The notes beneath the pieces are model-generated. The model ran no database searches and was not told the origin of the DNA. It saw only the letters and a list, made by a program, of their open reading frames with translations. Shown here piece by piece: positions 18,502 to 26,924 of a stretch of DNA of 34,606 nucleotides. The translations under genes were made by a program, and so were the position numbers. This DNA comes from Erysipelotrichaceae bacterium (lineage in GTDB: Bacteria; Bacillota_I; Bacilli_A; RFN20; CAG-826), in the NCBI GenBank assembly GCA_012518415.1, contig JAAYSH010000037.1, positions 1-34,606 on the forward strand. The letters are read 5' to 3'. How positions within the stretch are numbered: position 1 is the stretch's first letter; every line of letters begins with the position of its first letter.

Positions 18502-19747
18502 CTTCATCTTCCTTTCTTTTTAATAGCGCATAATAAAATATCGTGTCATATTTATCAAACGGGAGAAATTGTTTTTCTTTTACTAAGGTAAAGTTCGGAT
18601 TACTTTCTAAGAATTCACTTATAAGGGCGTGTGATTCTTTATTAGAAAATGTATCAACTAAATATAGTAAATGTCCCCCCTTAATTACGTGGCTAGCAGC
18701 CTCATTTAAAGTCGCTTCTTGGTGAGCAATTATTTGATCAAGTTTACTCATATCAAAATGCACAAAGAAGTCTGCCTCTTTTCTAATTTTATCAAAAGAT
18801 GAGGATTTCGGGAAAATAATAACTGCATCTTTTTTACTGCGGATAAATGTAATAAGTAAGTTATGATCGGCTTTATATAAAAACACATTAGATAAATCAT
18901 AGTATTTATCAATTTGTTCAAAATAAAGTTCATCTTGAAGTGAGGGCAAGGCTAGATCAATTTTTAGTTGCTTTGAAAATGTAAGCGATAAGTCCACAAC
19001 ACTATTAGAGCGGTTTTCATCAATAATTAAACATTCATCACCTTTTTTAAGCGGCAAATATTTTAAAGCTTGTTCAAGGGCAAAGTTATGTAAATAAATT
19101 TCATTATTTAAAAACGCTGCATCATTTTCAAGGTCAATTCCGGTGTAAGTAAAAGTATTTGTGACTGGACCTTTTTTGTATGCATAAGGTTTAGTTAAAA
19201 TATTTTCTAGCTTCCCGTCTTTAATATTTAATTTTACTTGTGGAAGTGCATCGTTATTAACTTTTCGCAGCAGCGGCATAAAAATCCGCGGATTAATATT
19301 TTTTCGCCACATCTTTATTAAGCCAGGTGGTAAATTATATAAAAGTCCAAAATACGCGTCACTTTCTTGTTCTTCTTTACTAACTTTTGGTAAGAGGCCA
19401 TTAAACTGAAGTGAGAGATTAAAAAGACTTTGTGCGGCTTCTAAATTAAGTTTATGCTCACTTATATAAAAGTTATTAAGATCACTGACAATTTCTTCTT
19501 TACTTAGTTTATGGCTAAAATGAACATCGGCTAAAATAATTAGCCAAAATAATTTTTCTTCACCTTGTAGTTTTTTTGGTGAGTGTTTATCAAGGAAGGC
19601 AAAAATTCTTAGGTGATACTTAAGCGCGGTATTTAAAATCATTGCTTCACGGTTATGCGTAAATAGTTCGCTTACTTCAGTGACTTTTTTACCTTGTTCA
19701 AAGATTGCGTTTAAACTTGCTAAAATGTTTTTACTTACTAATTTCAT
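18494..19747 (-). CDS. Highly divergent RsmB/Sun (m5C methyltransferase fold) homolog, catalytic motifs degenerate
   Basis: Occupies the sun position before rlmN and has RsmB-like length. The C-terminus follows the RsmB pattern (SFDKIRKEAD, Q..TL..A...V.KGGHLLY..DT...E....I..FL, QFLP), but both catalytic Cys are absent. Confidence 0.75.
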   Translation of the reverse strand: MKLVSKNILASLNAIFEQGKKVTEVSELFTHNREAMILNTALKYHLRIFAFLDKHSPKKLQGEEKLFWLIILADVHFSHKLSKEEIVSDLNNFYISEHKLNLEAAQSLFNLSLQFNGLLPKVSKEEQESDAYFGLLYNLPPGLIKMWRKNINPRIFMPLLRKVNNDALPQVKLNIKDGKLENILTKPYAYKKGPVTNTFTYTGIDLENDAAFLNNEIYLHNFALEQALKYLPLKKGDECLIIDENRSNSVVDLSLTFSKQLKIDLALPSLQDELYFEQIDKYYDLSNVFLYKADHNLLITFIRSKKDAVIIFPKSSSFDKIRKEADFFVHFDMSKLDQIIAHQEATLNEAASHVIKGGHLLYLVDTFSNKESHALISEFLESNPNFTLVKEKQFLPFDKYDTIFYYALLKRKEDEDA

Positions 19748-19755
19748 ACATTAAA

Positions 19756-19764
19756 AGTATACCA
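19756..19764 (-). promoter_or_regulatory. Extended -10 (TG-G-TATACT) 8 nt before the rsmB-like ATG
   Basis: Minus strand reads TGGTATACT-TTTAATGT-ATG. No SD. Confidence 0.5.
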
Positions 19765-19813
19765 TTATTAAATAAAAAAATAATCTGCGATTGTACAGAT
19801 TATCTTAAATTTG

Positions 19814-19849
19814 CAAACAAAAACGCCGCATTTCGGCGTTGTTTGTTTT
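19814..19849 (-). terminator. Intrinsic terminator after gmk-priA-ORF187
   Basis: Minus strand AACGCCG-AAATG-CGGCGTT followed by TTTGTTT. A second hairpin, ATAATCTG-N8-CAGATTAT with a T-run, lies at about 19780-19803. Confidence 0.7.
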
Positions 19850-19866
19850 ATTTGCTACTTTTTTCC

Positions 19867-20430
19867 TTAATCGTTGCAGCTGCAATCTTCATCTTCATCA
19901 CAGTCGCACTCATCATCACAGCATTCATCATCATCGCCTTCGCAACAAGATCCGCGTTTTGAATCTTCTACGTATTTACCTTCTTCAAAATCATATCCTT
20001 CGAAAACATTGCCTAAGTAAAGTGTATTTTCATCGACTTCACTTAGATCATCTTCTTCAAAGTAGTCATCATCATTAAATAAGTTTTGTTCACCAATAAA
20101 GCGAGGGAAGTCACTACTTGCACGCGTATATACTTTACCTTCAACGTATTCAAAATATAAGGCCATATTTAAGACGTAGTCTTTTGTTGCTTCTAAAATA
20201 TAATCGGCGATTTCTTCTTCGTACTTAGCATAATCTTTTGGCATATTAATAATTGTTACCGCGTGCCAGGAAGTTTGTTCAACGCCGTCATGGAAAATGT
20301 ATGAGCGAGGAGCATAGAAAAATACTTCCTCATCTTCATTACCAATTATTTTATTAATTGCTTGTCCGGCTTGCTTTGATAAGCGACCAGTAATATATTC
20401 ATCTAGTCCTAATATTTTAATAAAAATCAT
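19867..20430 (-). CDS. Hypothetical protein: possible DUF1904/tautomerase-MIF-like domain plus Asp/Glu/Cys-rich tail
   Basis: SD AAAGGAG. The first ~110 aa show a beta-alpha-beta repeat pattern resembling DUF1904 (tentative). Tail is GSCCEGDDDECCDDECDCDEDEDCSCND. Confidence 0.7.
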   Translation of the reverse strand: MIFIKILGLDEYITGRLSKQAGQAINKIIGNEDEEVFFYAPRSYIFHDGVEQTSWHAVTIINMPKDYAKYEEEIADYILEATKDYVLNMALYFEYVEGKVYTRASSDFPRFIGEQNLFNDDDYFEEDDLSEVDENTLYLGNVFEGYDFEEGKYVEDSKRGSCCEGDDDECCDDECDCDEDEDCSCND

Positions 20431-20461
20431 AACGTATTTACTCCTTTTTTATGTAGTTAGA

Positions 20462-22657
20462 TTAAATATCAAGTGTATCGACATCAATATTAATTGTAAC
20501 ACGAGTGTTTTCAATTAGTGGCCTGAACGCTTTAAATAATTCCGGTTTTATCTTAAAGTAATTTTTGTATTTAATAATAATATTTTGGAAGTAGTAACCA
20601 CCAAGATAATCAATGTATGGTAATAGTGGTCCTAGTACTTCAGCGTCATCTTTGAGTTTAACTTGTAAATCACTTGTAAGAATCGCAGCTGTTTTTGCGG
20701 TTAGTGTTTTATCTTTAGAAGAAATACTTACTTTCATTAAATATGAATAAGGCGGATAATTATGCATATTTCTTATGCGCATTTCATAGTTATAAAATGT
20801 TTCATAATCTTGTTTAGCAGCAAGATTAATAACGTAGTGGTTTGGCATATTTGTTTGAATATACGCACTGCCTATTTTATCACTTCGTCCGCTTCTGCCA
20901 ACCGCTTGAGTTATAAGCTGGAAGGTAGTTTCACTTGAGCGATATGAAGGGAAGTTAAGTCCTAAATCAGCAAGAACAACACCAACAAGGGTGACATTAG
21001 GGAAATCATGCCCTTTGGCAATCATTTGTGTCCCAATTAAGATATTTGCTTCTTGATCAGCAAATTGTTTCAACGTTTTTGCAATTTTTGAGCGTACTTT
21101 TGCACTATCACTATCAAGGCGAAGCGTTTTGGCATTCGGGACGAGTTTATTAACTTCTTCTTCAACGCGCTGTGTGCCAAATCCTGTTTTCCAAAGTGTT
21201 TTATTTTGACAGTTTGGACAAGTAGTTGGGAAAAATTCAACATGGTCGCAGTGATGACATTTAAGCATTTTATCAAACTCATGATATGTAAGTGTTGCCT
21301 GGTCATTTGGACATTTAAATACGTGATTACAGCTGCGGCAATTTACATACGTTGCATAACCGCGGCGATTAATAAGTAAAATTGCTTGTTCGCCCTTATT
21401 CACGACTTCTTTTAATTTACCTAGTAGTTGCCTTGAAAATATAACACTTTCTGGAGCGAAATTAGTTGGGTTTTGCATATCAATAATATGCGTGGTTGGT
21501 AAAGCTTGTTCATTAATTCGTTTTGGTAAGCGTAAGTGTTTATAAACCCCTTTAAGGGCTCGAGTTCTTGTTTCAAGTGAGGGGGTTGCTGAACCAAGTA
21601 AAACTTTGGCACCACTTAATTGCGCCCGGAAAAGGGCAACTTCACGAGCATGATAATAAGGATCAGTGCTTTGTTTATAACTTTCAACATGTTCTTCATC
21701 TAAAATAATTAAGCCTAAGTTTTTTACTGGTGCAAAGATTGCACTTCGGACGCCGACAACAATTTGAGCCTTACCACTTGCAATCCGGCGGTATTCATCG
21801 TAGCGCTGAGCGTTAGTTAACTCACTATGCAGGACTGCAACTTCTTCACCGTAGCGCGATAAAAACATCTTGACCATCATCGGAGTAAGGGCGATTTCTG
21901 GGACGAGCATAATAACTCCCTCGCCCTTTTTTACATATGCTTCGGCTATTGCTAAATAAACTTCAGTTTTCCCGCTTCCCGTTACACCTTCTAAAAGGGC
22001 AACACTTTGCGTAGCAACAAAAAACTCTTCAATAACTTTATTTTGATCGGTTGTTAATTTTGGTTTACTTTTGCGGTTAACTTTAGGTAATTCGTAGCGG
22101 CGTTTTTCTTTATATTCGAGCTTAAAATGACCGCTTTCTAGTAGTTTACTTACACGGTAGTCATTACCTGCATGTTTTCTTAGTGTTGGTCCATTACTTT
22201 TAACAAATAAATAAGTCTCCGTTAAAGCGGGGGTTAAGTCACTATCATCATCTTTAGCGATACTTACATACGTATCGTAGGCGATTTTTGGTCCGCTTAG
22301 TGCTCCCCTTGTTGGTCTTAGTGAAACGGGGAGCATTGCTTGTAAGACACTTATATGCGGGGCATAGTAGTAACTAGAAACGATTTCTGAAAGTTGGACT
22401 AATTCGTTTGATAATATCGGTGCCTCATCAAGGACACTAATGATTTTTTCAACAACGAATCCGCGCTTTTTTTCAACTTCTTCGATACTTAAATGAGTTT
22501 GTTCAACTTTTAGCACGTATCCAACGAGTTCTTGTTTATTAAACGGCACATATACGCGCATACCTGGTTCGATGGTTAAATCGCCATCGTAAGCATATAA
22601 AAAGGGGCGATCAAGTGACCGCGCTTTTAGTTCAATTAAGACATCGAGTAAAACCAA
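20462..22657 (-). CDS. priA: Primosomal protein N' (replication restart helicase)
   Basis: GVTGSGKTEVY, LVPEIALTP, DEEH, GSATPSLE, Cys-rich region, GTQMIAKGHDFP, QAVGRSGR. TTG start with SD GAGGTG. Confidence 0.97.
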   Translation of the reverse strand: MVLLDVLIELKARSLDRPFLYAYDGDLTIEPGMRVYVPFNKQELVGYVLKVEQTHLSIEEVEKKRGFVVEKIISVLDEAPILSNELVQLSEIVSSYYYAPHISVLQAMLPVSLRPTRGALSGPKIAYDTYVSIAKDDDSDLTPALTETYLFVKSNGPTLRKHAGNDYRVSKLLESGHFKLEYKEKRRYELPKVNRKSKPKLTTDQNKVIEEFFVATQSVALLEGVTGSGKTEVYLAIAEAYVKKGEGVIMLVPEIALTPMMVKMFLSRYGEEVAVLHSELTNAQRYDEYRRIASGKAQIVVGVRSAIFAPVKNLGLIILDEEHVESYKQSTDPYYHAREVALFRAQLSGAKVLLGSATPSLETRTRALKGVYKHLRLPKRINEQALPTTHIIDMQNPTNFAPESVIFSRQLLGKLKEVVNKGEQAILLINRRGYATYVNCRSCNHVFKCPNDQATLTYHEFDKMLKCHHCDHVEFFPTTCPNCQNKTLWKTGFGTQRVEEEVNKLVPNAKTLRLDSDSAKVRSKIAKTLKQFADQEANILIGTQMIAKGHDFPNVTLVGVVLADLGLNFPSYRSSETTFQLITQAVGRSGRSDKIGSAYIQTNMPNHYVINLAAKQDYETFYNYEMRIRNMHNYPPYSYLMKVSISSKDKTLTAKTAAILTSDLQVKLKDDAEVLGPLLPYIDYLGGYYFQNIIIKYKNYFKIKPELFKAFRPLIENTRVTINIDVDTLDI

Positions 22658-22670
22658 ACCAGTTCACCTC

Positions 22671-23258
22671 TTAGCGATTCCGTAGTTTTTTACTAATAAT
22701 ATTAGCAATTTCATCTGCGGCTTGTTCAATTGTTTCATTAATAACTGTATACATATATTTGTTGGTTAATTCCATCTCATTGCGGGCTTTGGTCAGTCTT
22801 TCTTTAATTACATCATCTGCCTCACTGCGGCGGCCACGGATGCGCTCTTCAAGCTTTGCAAATGATGGCGGCATTAAAAAGATTGTTAGAAGCCCCTTGT
22901 CACCTTTACAAGCCTGCATAACTTGATCAGCACCTTCGACTTCAATTTCTAGAATTACATTTTTTCCTGCTTCGCGAAGTTTATCGACATTTTGTTTCGG
23001 GGTTCCGTATTTATGACCGACGAAGGTTGCATGTTCTAAAAAATTTCCAGCTTTAAGACAAGAGTCAAATAATTGTTCAGTAACAAAAAAGTAGTCTTCA
23101 CCTTCGACTTCATGAACTCTAGGTTCTCTTGTTGTCATCGATATTGAGTATACAAGATTTAGTTGTGGGTGCTTTTCCATGAGCGTTTTTCTTACGCTAC
23201 TTTTACCAACTCCGCTTGGGCCAGAAATAATTATTAATAAGCCTTTGAAAGTAACCAC
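22671..23258 (-). CDS. gmk: Guanylate kinase
   Basis: SGPSGVGKS, SMTTREPR..E..G.DYFF, YGTP, ILEIEVEGA. Start codon uncertain. Confidence 0.95.
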   Translation of the reverse strand: MVTFKGLLIIISGPSGVGKSSVRKTLMEKHPQLNLVYSISMTTREPRVHEVEGEDYFFVTEQLFDSCLKAGNFLEHATFVGHKYGTPKQNVDKLREAGKNVILEIEVEGADQVMQACKGDKGLLTIFLMPPSFAKLEERIRGRRSEADDVIKERLTKARNEMELTNKYMYTVINETIEQAADEIANIISKKLRNR

Positions 23259-23282
23259 CTCGCTTATAAAACTAATATATTA

Positions 23283-23335
23283 ATTATTAGGGATGTAACA
23301 CATAAAGTCAATGTATATCATAAGTATGTTATAAT
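23283..23335. promoter_or_regulatory. Overlapping divergent promoters for gmk and rqcH
   Basis: Minus strand: TTGACT (23311-23306), 17 nt, AATAAT (23288-23283). Plus strand: TG-T-TATAAT (23327-23335) before GAGGT and ATG 23352. Confidence 0.6.
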
Positions 23336-23351
23336 TTTTTTGAGGTAATTT

Positions 23352-24869
23352 ATGGCTTTATCACACGCTTTTATTAGTACAGTTGTTAACTTAACTAAAG
23401 ATGAGGTTGTTGGTTCAAAACTTGGGCGACCACTTCATTTACTAACTGGACATTTTGCGATTCCCTTATCTTCGAATTGGCAAAATAAGTTTATTATTGC
23501 TCTAAATCATAGTGAACCATATATCGCTATAAGTGATGCCTCACTCCCTTCAAGTGGAGCGTCTTCACAGTTTTTTCAAATTTTACGGCGCGAATTAACA
23601 AATGCTTCCGTTGAAAATTATTTTATTTGGCCAAATGACCGGATTGTTGAGTTAGTTTTAACTAACTACACGCCTGCCTATGAATTAGTAAAAAGGCGGT
23701 TAATTATTGAATTAATCCCGATGCAGCCGAATTTAATTTTACTTGATGAAACAGGAAAAATCATTACGCTTTGGCGAAGATCAAAATCACTTAATGTTAA
23801 CCGGCCTTTAATGGTGAATTTAATGTATGAACCACCTAGTTATGGGGCGGTTAAGTCAATGTTTTCGAAGGCGGAGGCAAAAGAGTTAGAAACATTAAGT
23901 GAAGTTCCTAATACATTTAATCACATATATGTGACAAATAATAATGTATATTCAGTCATTCCCTTAACCCATTTAGGAGAAAGTAAACTTATAACTGTTA
24001 GTGAGTTTTTCTTAACCCGCTACGAGGCCCTACTTGCGCGGAGAAAAAAAGACTTATACGATGATGTTTTTAAAGTAATTCGCAGAAAAAATAAGCAACT
24101 AAAAGTTAAAGTTAAGCGCCAAGAAAATGATTTAACGAAAGCCAAAGAGCGGCTTAATTATAATGATATTGGTAATTTGCTTTTAACATATCAAAATGAA
24201 GTTCCTAAATATGCCAGTCAAGTTAATTTAGAATCGATTGAAATTAAACTTGATAATAAATTAAATGTATTTGAAAATGCGAATAAATATTTTGAAAATC
24301 ACCGCAAGGCCAAAGTCGCTGTTGTTAAAATTGCTGAGCAAATTAATAAAACAAAAGCAGAGTTAGAGTATTTTAACAACTTACAAAGTCAACTACTACG
24401 GGCGAATGAAAGTGATTTAAAAGATATTAAAACTGAATTAAATGAAGGCGGTTATTTAAGTTCAAACAATAAATCACCACGGAAGAAAAAGGTTAAAACA
24501 ATTTATCCATATATTACTACTTATGATGGCTTTGAAATTGGTTACGGTAAAAATAATTTACAAAACGATCATTTAACATTTTCACTTGCTAGAGGAAAAG
24601 ACTACTTCTTCCATGCCCTTAATTACTCTGGTGCGCATGTAATTATTTTTTCAAGTGATCCTTCAAAAGCTGCGATTGAAATGGCGGCATCAATCGCCCT
24701 TTATTTAAGTGGCGTTAGTAGCGGTGAAGTATATATCGCCGATAAAAAAGATGTAAAAAAAGCTCCAGAACGAGGCAAGGTCCATATATTAAAATTTGAA
24801 ACAATATATTTAAATAAATTGCATCCAGATTTAGAAAAAGTTATGCATAACTCAAAACGGATGAGTTAA
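23352..24869 (+). CDS. rqcH: NFACT-family ribosome quality control protein (RqcH/FbpA)
   Basis: NDRIVEL, LIIEL....NLILLD, coiled coil, ENANKYF, NFACT-R GKNNLQNDHLT..HALNYSGAHVII. Confidence 0.9.
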   Translation: MALSHAFISTVVNLTKDEVVGSKLGRPLHLLTGHFAIPLSSNWQNKFIIALNHSEPYIAISDASLPSSGASSQFFQILRRELTNASVENYFIWPNDRIVELVLTNYTPAYELVKRRLIIELIPMQPNLILLDETGKIITLWRRSKSLNVNRPLMVNLMYEPPSYGAVKSMFSKAEAKELETLSEVPNTFNHIYVTNNNVYSVIPLTHLGESKLITVSEFFLTRYEALLARRKKDLYDDVFKVIRRKNKQLKVKVKRQENDLTKAKERLNYNDIGNLLLTYQNEVPKYASQVNLESIEIKLDNKLNVFENANKYFENHRKAKVAVVKIAEQINKTKAELEYFNNLQSQLLRANESDLKDIKTELNEGGYLSSNNKSPRKKKVKTIYPYITTYDGFEIGYGKNNLQNDHLTFSLARGKDYFFHALNYSGAHVIIFSSDPSKAAIEMAASIALYLSGVSSGEVYIADKKDVKKAPERGKVHILKFETIYLNKLHPDLEKVMHNSKRMS

Positions 24870-24872
24870 AGG

Positions 24873-25376
24873 TTATAAAAAGTCATCACCTTTAATTGTT
24901 TCCATTTTGCTGAGCCCTTTAAAGTTTTGCTGCCTTGCTACTTCATAGGCCACGACTGCGACCGCATTAGCAAGATTTAGTGACCGGGTGTTAATTGCCA
25001 TCGGGATTCTTAAAAGGCGGTCGCGGTTATTTCGCAGGATTTCATGAGGTATCCCGCTTGATTCGCTGCCAAACATAAGAAAATAATTATGCCCGACTTT
25101 AGAAAAATCAAAGTCGCTATATGGTTTACTTCCGTAGCGGGTGATGTAGTAAATATCTGCGTGCGGATAAGCTTTATTAAAATCTTCATAAGATTCATAA
25201 TACGTAAACATCGATTTATGAATGTAGTCTAATCCGGTTCGCTTTAAGGAGTCTGTATCGAGTTTAAAAGTTAGCGGGCCGATTACATGAACATGAGCAC
25301 TTAGCGCATTCGCGCTCCTTAATATATTTCCCGTATTTGCAGGTTTTTCTGGCTTATATAAGACAATATGTATCAT
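24873..25376 (-). CDS. trmL: tRNA (cytidine/uridine-34-2'-O)-methyltransferase, SPOUT family
   Basis: IVLYKPEKPANTGNILR, GLDY, FGSESSG, RIPM..RSLNLANAV..YE..RQ. Confidence 0.92.
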   Translation of the reverse strand: MIHIVLYKPEKPANTGNILRSANALSAHVHVIGPLTFKLDTDSLKRTGLDYIHKSMFTYYESYEDFNKAYPHADIYYITRYGSKPYSDFDFSKVGHNYFLMFGSESSGIPHEILRNNRDRLLRIPMAINTRSLNLANAVAVVAYEVARQQNFKGLSKMETIKGDDFL

Positions 25377-25416
25377 ATGTAATTACCATCCTTTTGGGCT
25401 TATTTACTAAATGTAT

Positions 25417-25422
25417 TATAAT
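25417..25422 (+). promoter_or_regulatory. -10 element 7 nt before the ATG (leaderless geometry)
   Basis: TATAAT-ATAAAAG-ATG(25430). No SD. Confidence 0.55.
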
Positions 25423-25429
25423 ATAAAAG

Positions 25430-26278
25430 ATGAATGAAATTGAAGGATTTGTCGCGCATCGAATTGAAGCGACGCTAGGAAGAACACCAAAAAGTATCGA
25501 ATTACTCCCTGAAGGTATTACGCACCGTAATTACTTAGTCGATGGGAAGTATGTTTATAAGCGGAAAAACCCGCTTCGTCAACCCTTTTATAATGCAGAT
25601 GCGGATTTTCATGCGAATACTTTAATGGCCTCTTTAACGCATGGACCAAGAATTTTATATTTTTCAAAAGAAGATAATGAAATAATTTATGAGTTTTTAC
25701 CCGGTACAACAAGGCTTACTCTTCCAGTTGATGATAATGCTTTAAAGGCGGTCGCTGATACTTTATATAAATTACACACGTCAAATATTACATTACCAAA
25801 TACATTCAACTTAGGTGAAATGATTAAATATTATAAGGAAAATCGGGCACCTATTTATCCCGATGAAAGTTTTGAAACAAAGATTATCGCTAAATATGAA
25901 GATTATCATAAACAAGCAACACTCGTCCCTTGTCATAATGATGTCGTCCGCGGGAATTTATTATTCCGTGAATCGCATTTAACTTTAATTGATTATGAAT
26001 ATGCAGGAATGAATGATCCATTATTTGATCATATTTCATTTTTAAGTGAAAACAATCTTGATGATGAAGATACGGTGAAGCGCTACTTCGCCTTTGTTAA
26101 AGATATCCCGCGTCCCCTTGATGAAAACAAAGTTTTAACATATGTTTTAGCGATGGATTTACTTTGGTTTTATTGGGGCGGCTATTTATATGAGTTAACA
26201 AGCGAGCAAATTTTTAAAGATATAAGCGATGAAAAAGCCGCACGGATATCCATGCGGCGTAACAAACTAAATTTATAA
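25430..26278 (+). CDS. Choline/ethanolamine kinase-like phosphotransferase (APH/ChoK family)
   Basis: GITHRNY, Brenner motif PCHNDVVRGNLL, LIDYEYAGMNDPLFD, LWFYWG. Confidence 0.85.
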   Translation: MNEIEGFVAHRIEATLGRTPKSIELLPEGITHRNYLVDGKYVYKRKNPLRQPFYNADADFHANTLMASLTHGPRILYFSKEDNEIIYEFLPGTTRLTLPVDDNALKAVADTLYKLHTSNITLPNTFNLGEMIKYYKENRAPIYPDESFETKIIAKYEDYHKQATLVPCHNDVVRGNLLFRESHLTLIDYEYAGMNDPLFDHISFLSENNLDDEDTVKRYFAFVKDIPRPLDENKVLTYVLAMDLLWFYWGGYLYELTSEQIFKDISDEKAARISMRRNKLNL

Positions 26279-26305
26279 TAAGTCGTAGTAATACGGCTTA
26301 TTTTT
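26277..26305 (+). terminator. Intrinsic terminator between the convergent kinase gene and ppa
   Basis: AATAAGTCGTA-GTAA-TACGGCTTATT stem (one G:U pair) followed by a T-run. Confidence 0.6.
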
Positions 26306-26840
26306 CTTCTTTGCCAAAAATTCGCTTATAGCGATTAATTGATTGCTGGACGACAGCGATTGCTTCTTCATTACCTTCCATATGATGGACAACTGTCCGT
26401 TTCCCGCCTTCAAGTGCCTTATAAACACCGAAGAAATGTCGGATTTCATCGAATAAATGTGGTTGTAATTGTTCGATACTATATATGTCCATATATGTCG
26501 GATCATGGACAGCGACCGCGATAATTTTTTCATCTTCTTGGCCTTTATCTAACATCGAAAATAACCCAATTGGCCGACATGTAACAATTGTCATTGGATC
26601 AAGTGGTTGAGAGCAAATAATTAAAACATCAAGTGGGTCATCATCGCCAGCATATGTAAGCGGGATAAAACCATAATTATGCGGATAGTGAGTGGAGGTA
26701 AATAAAACACGGTCAAGTTTAATTAACCCGGTTTCTTTATCAAGTTCGTACTTGTTTTGACTACCTTTAGTAATTTCTACAACCGCATCAAATTCATGAG
26801 CATTAACCCGATTTGGATTCATAGCGTGCCAAATATTCAT
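26298..26840 (-). CDS. ppa: Family I soluble inorganic pyrophosphatase
   Basis: NKYELDK, LDRVL, YPHNYGFIP.T, DDDPLDV, DEKIIAV, HFF..YK.LE. SD AAGGAG. Confidence 0.95.
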   Translation of the reverse strand: MNIWHAMNPNRVNAHEFDAVVEITKGSQNKYELDKETGLIKLDRVLFTSTHYPHNYGFIPLTYAGDDDPLDVLIICSQPLDPMTIVTCRPIGLFSMLDKGQEDEKIIAVAVHDPTYMDIYSIEQLQPHLFDEIRHFFGVYKALEGGKRTVVHHMEGNEEAIAVVQQSINRYKRIFGKEEK

Positions 26841-26912
26841 ATGTGATAATCTCCTTCTCTCTTTATGTATTATAACAAAATTATAACATGAAGAAATAAA
26901 TATTAATTAGGG

Positions 26913-26918
26913 TATACT
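26913..26918 (+). promoter_or_regulatory. -10 element 6 nt before the ATG (leaderless geometry)
   Basis: TATACT-ATAAAT-ATG(26925). No SD. Confidence 0.55.
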
Positions 26919-26924
26919 ATAAAT

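Noticed and set aside
19839-20078. His-rich plus-strand ORF (HLHHSRTHHH) and overlapping ORF 19705..19962
   Set aside because: Antisense shadow of the GAT-rich acidic tail of ORF 19867..20430. Crosses terminator hairpins and has no SD.
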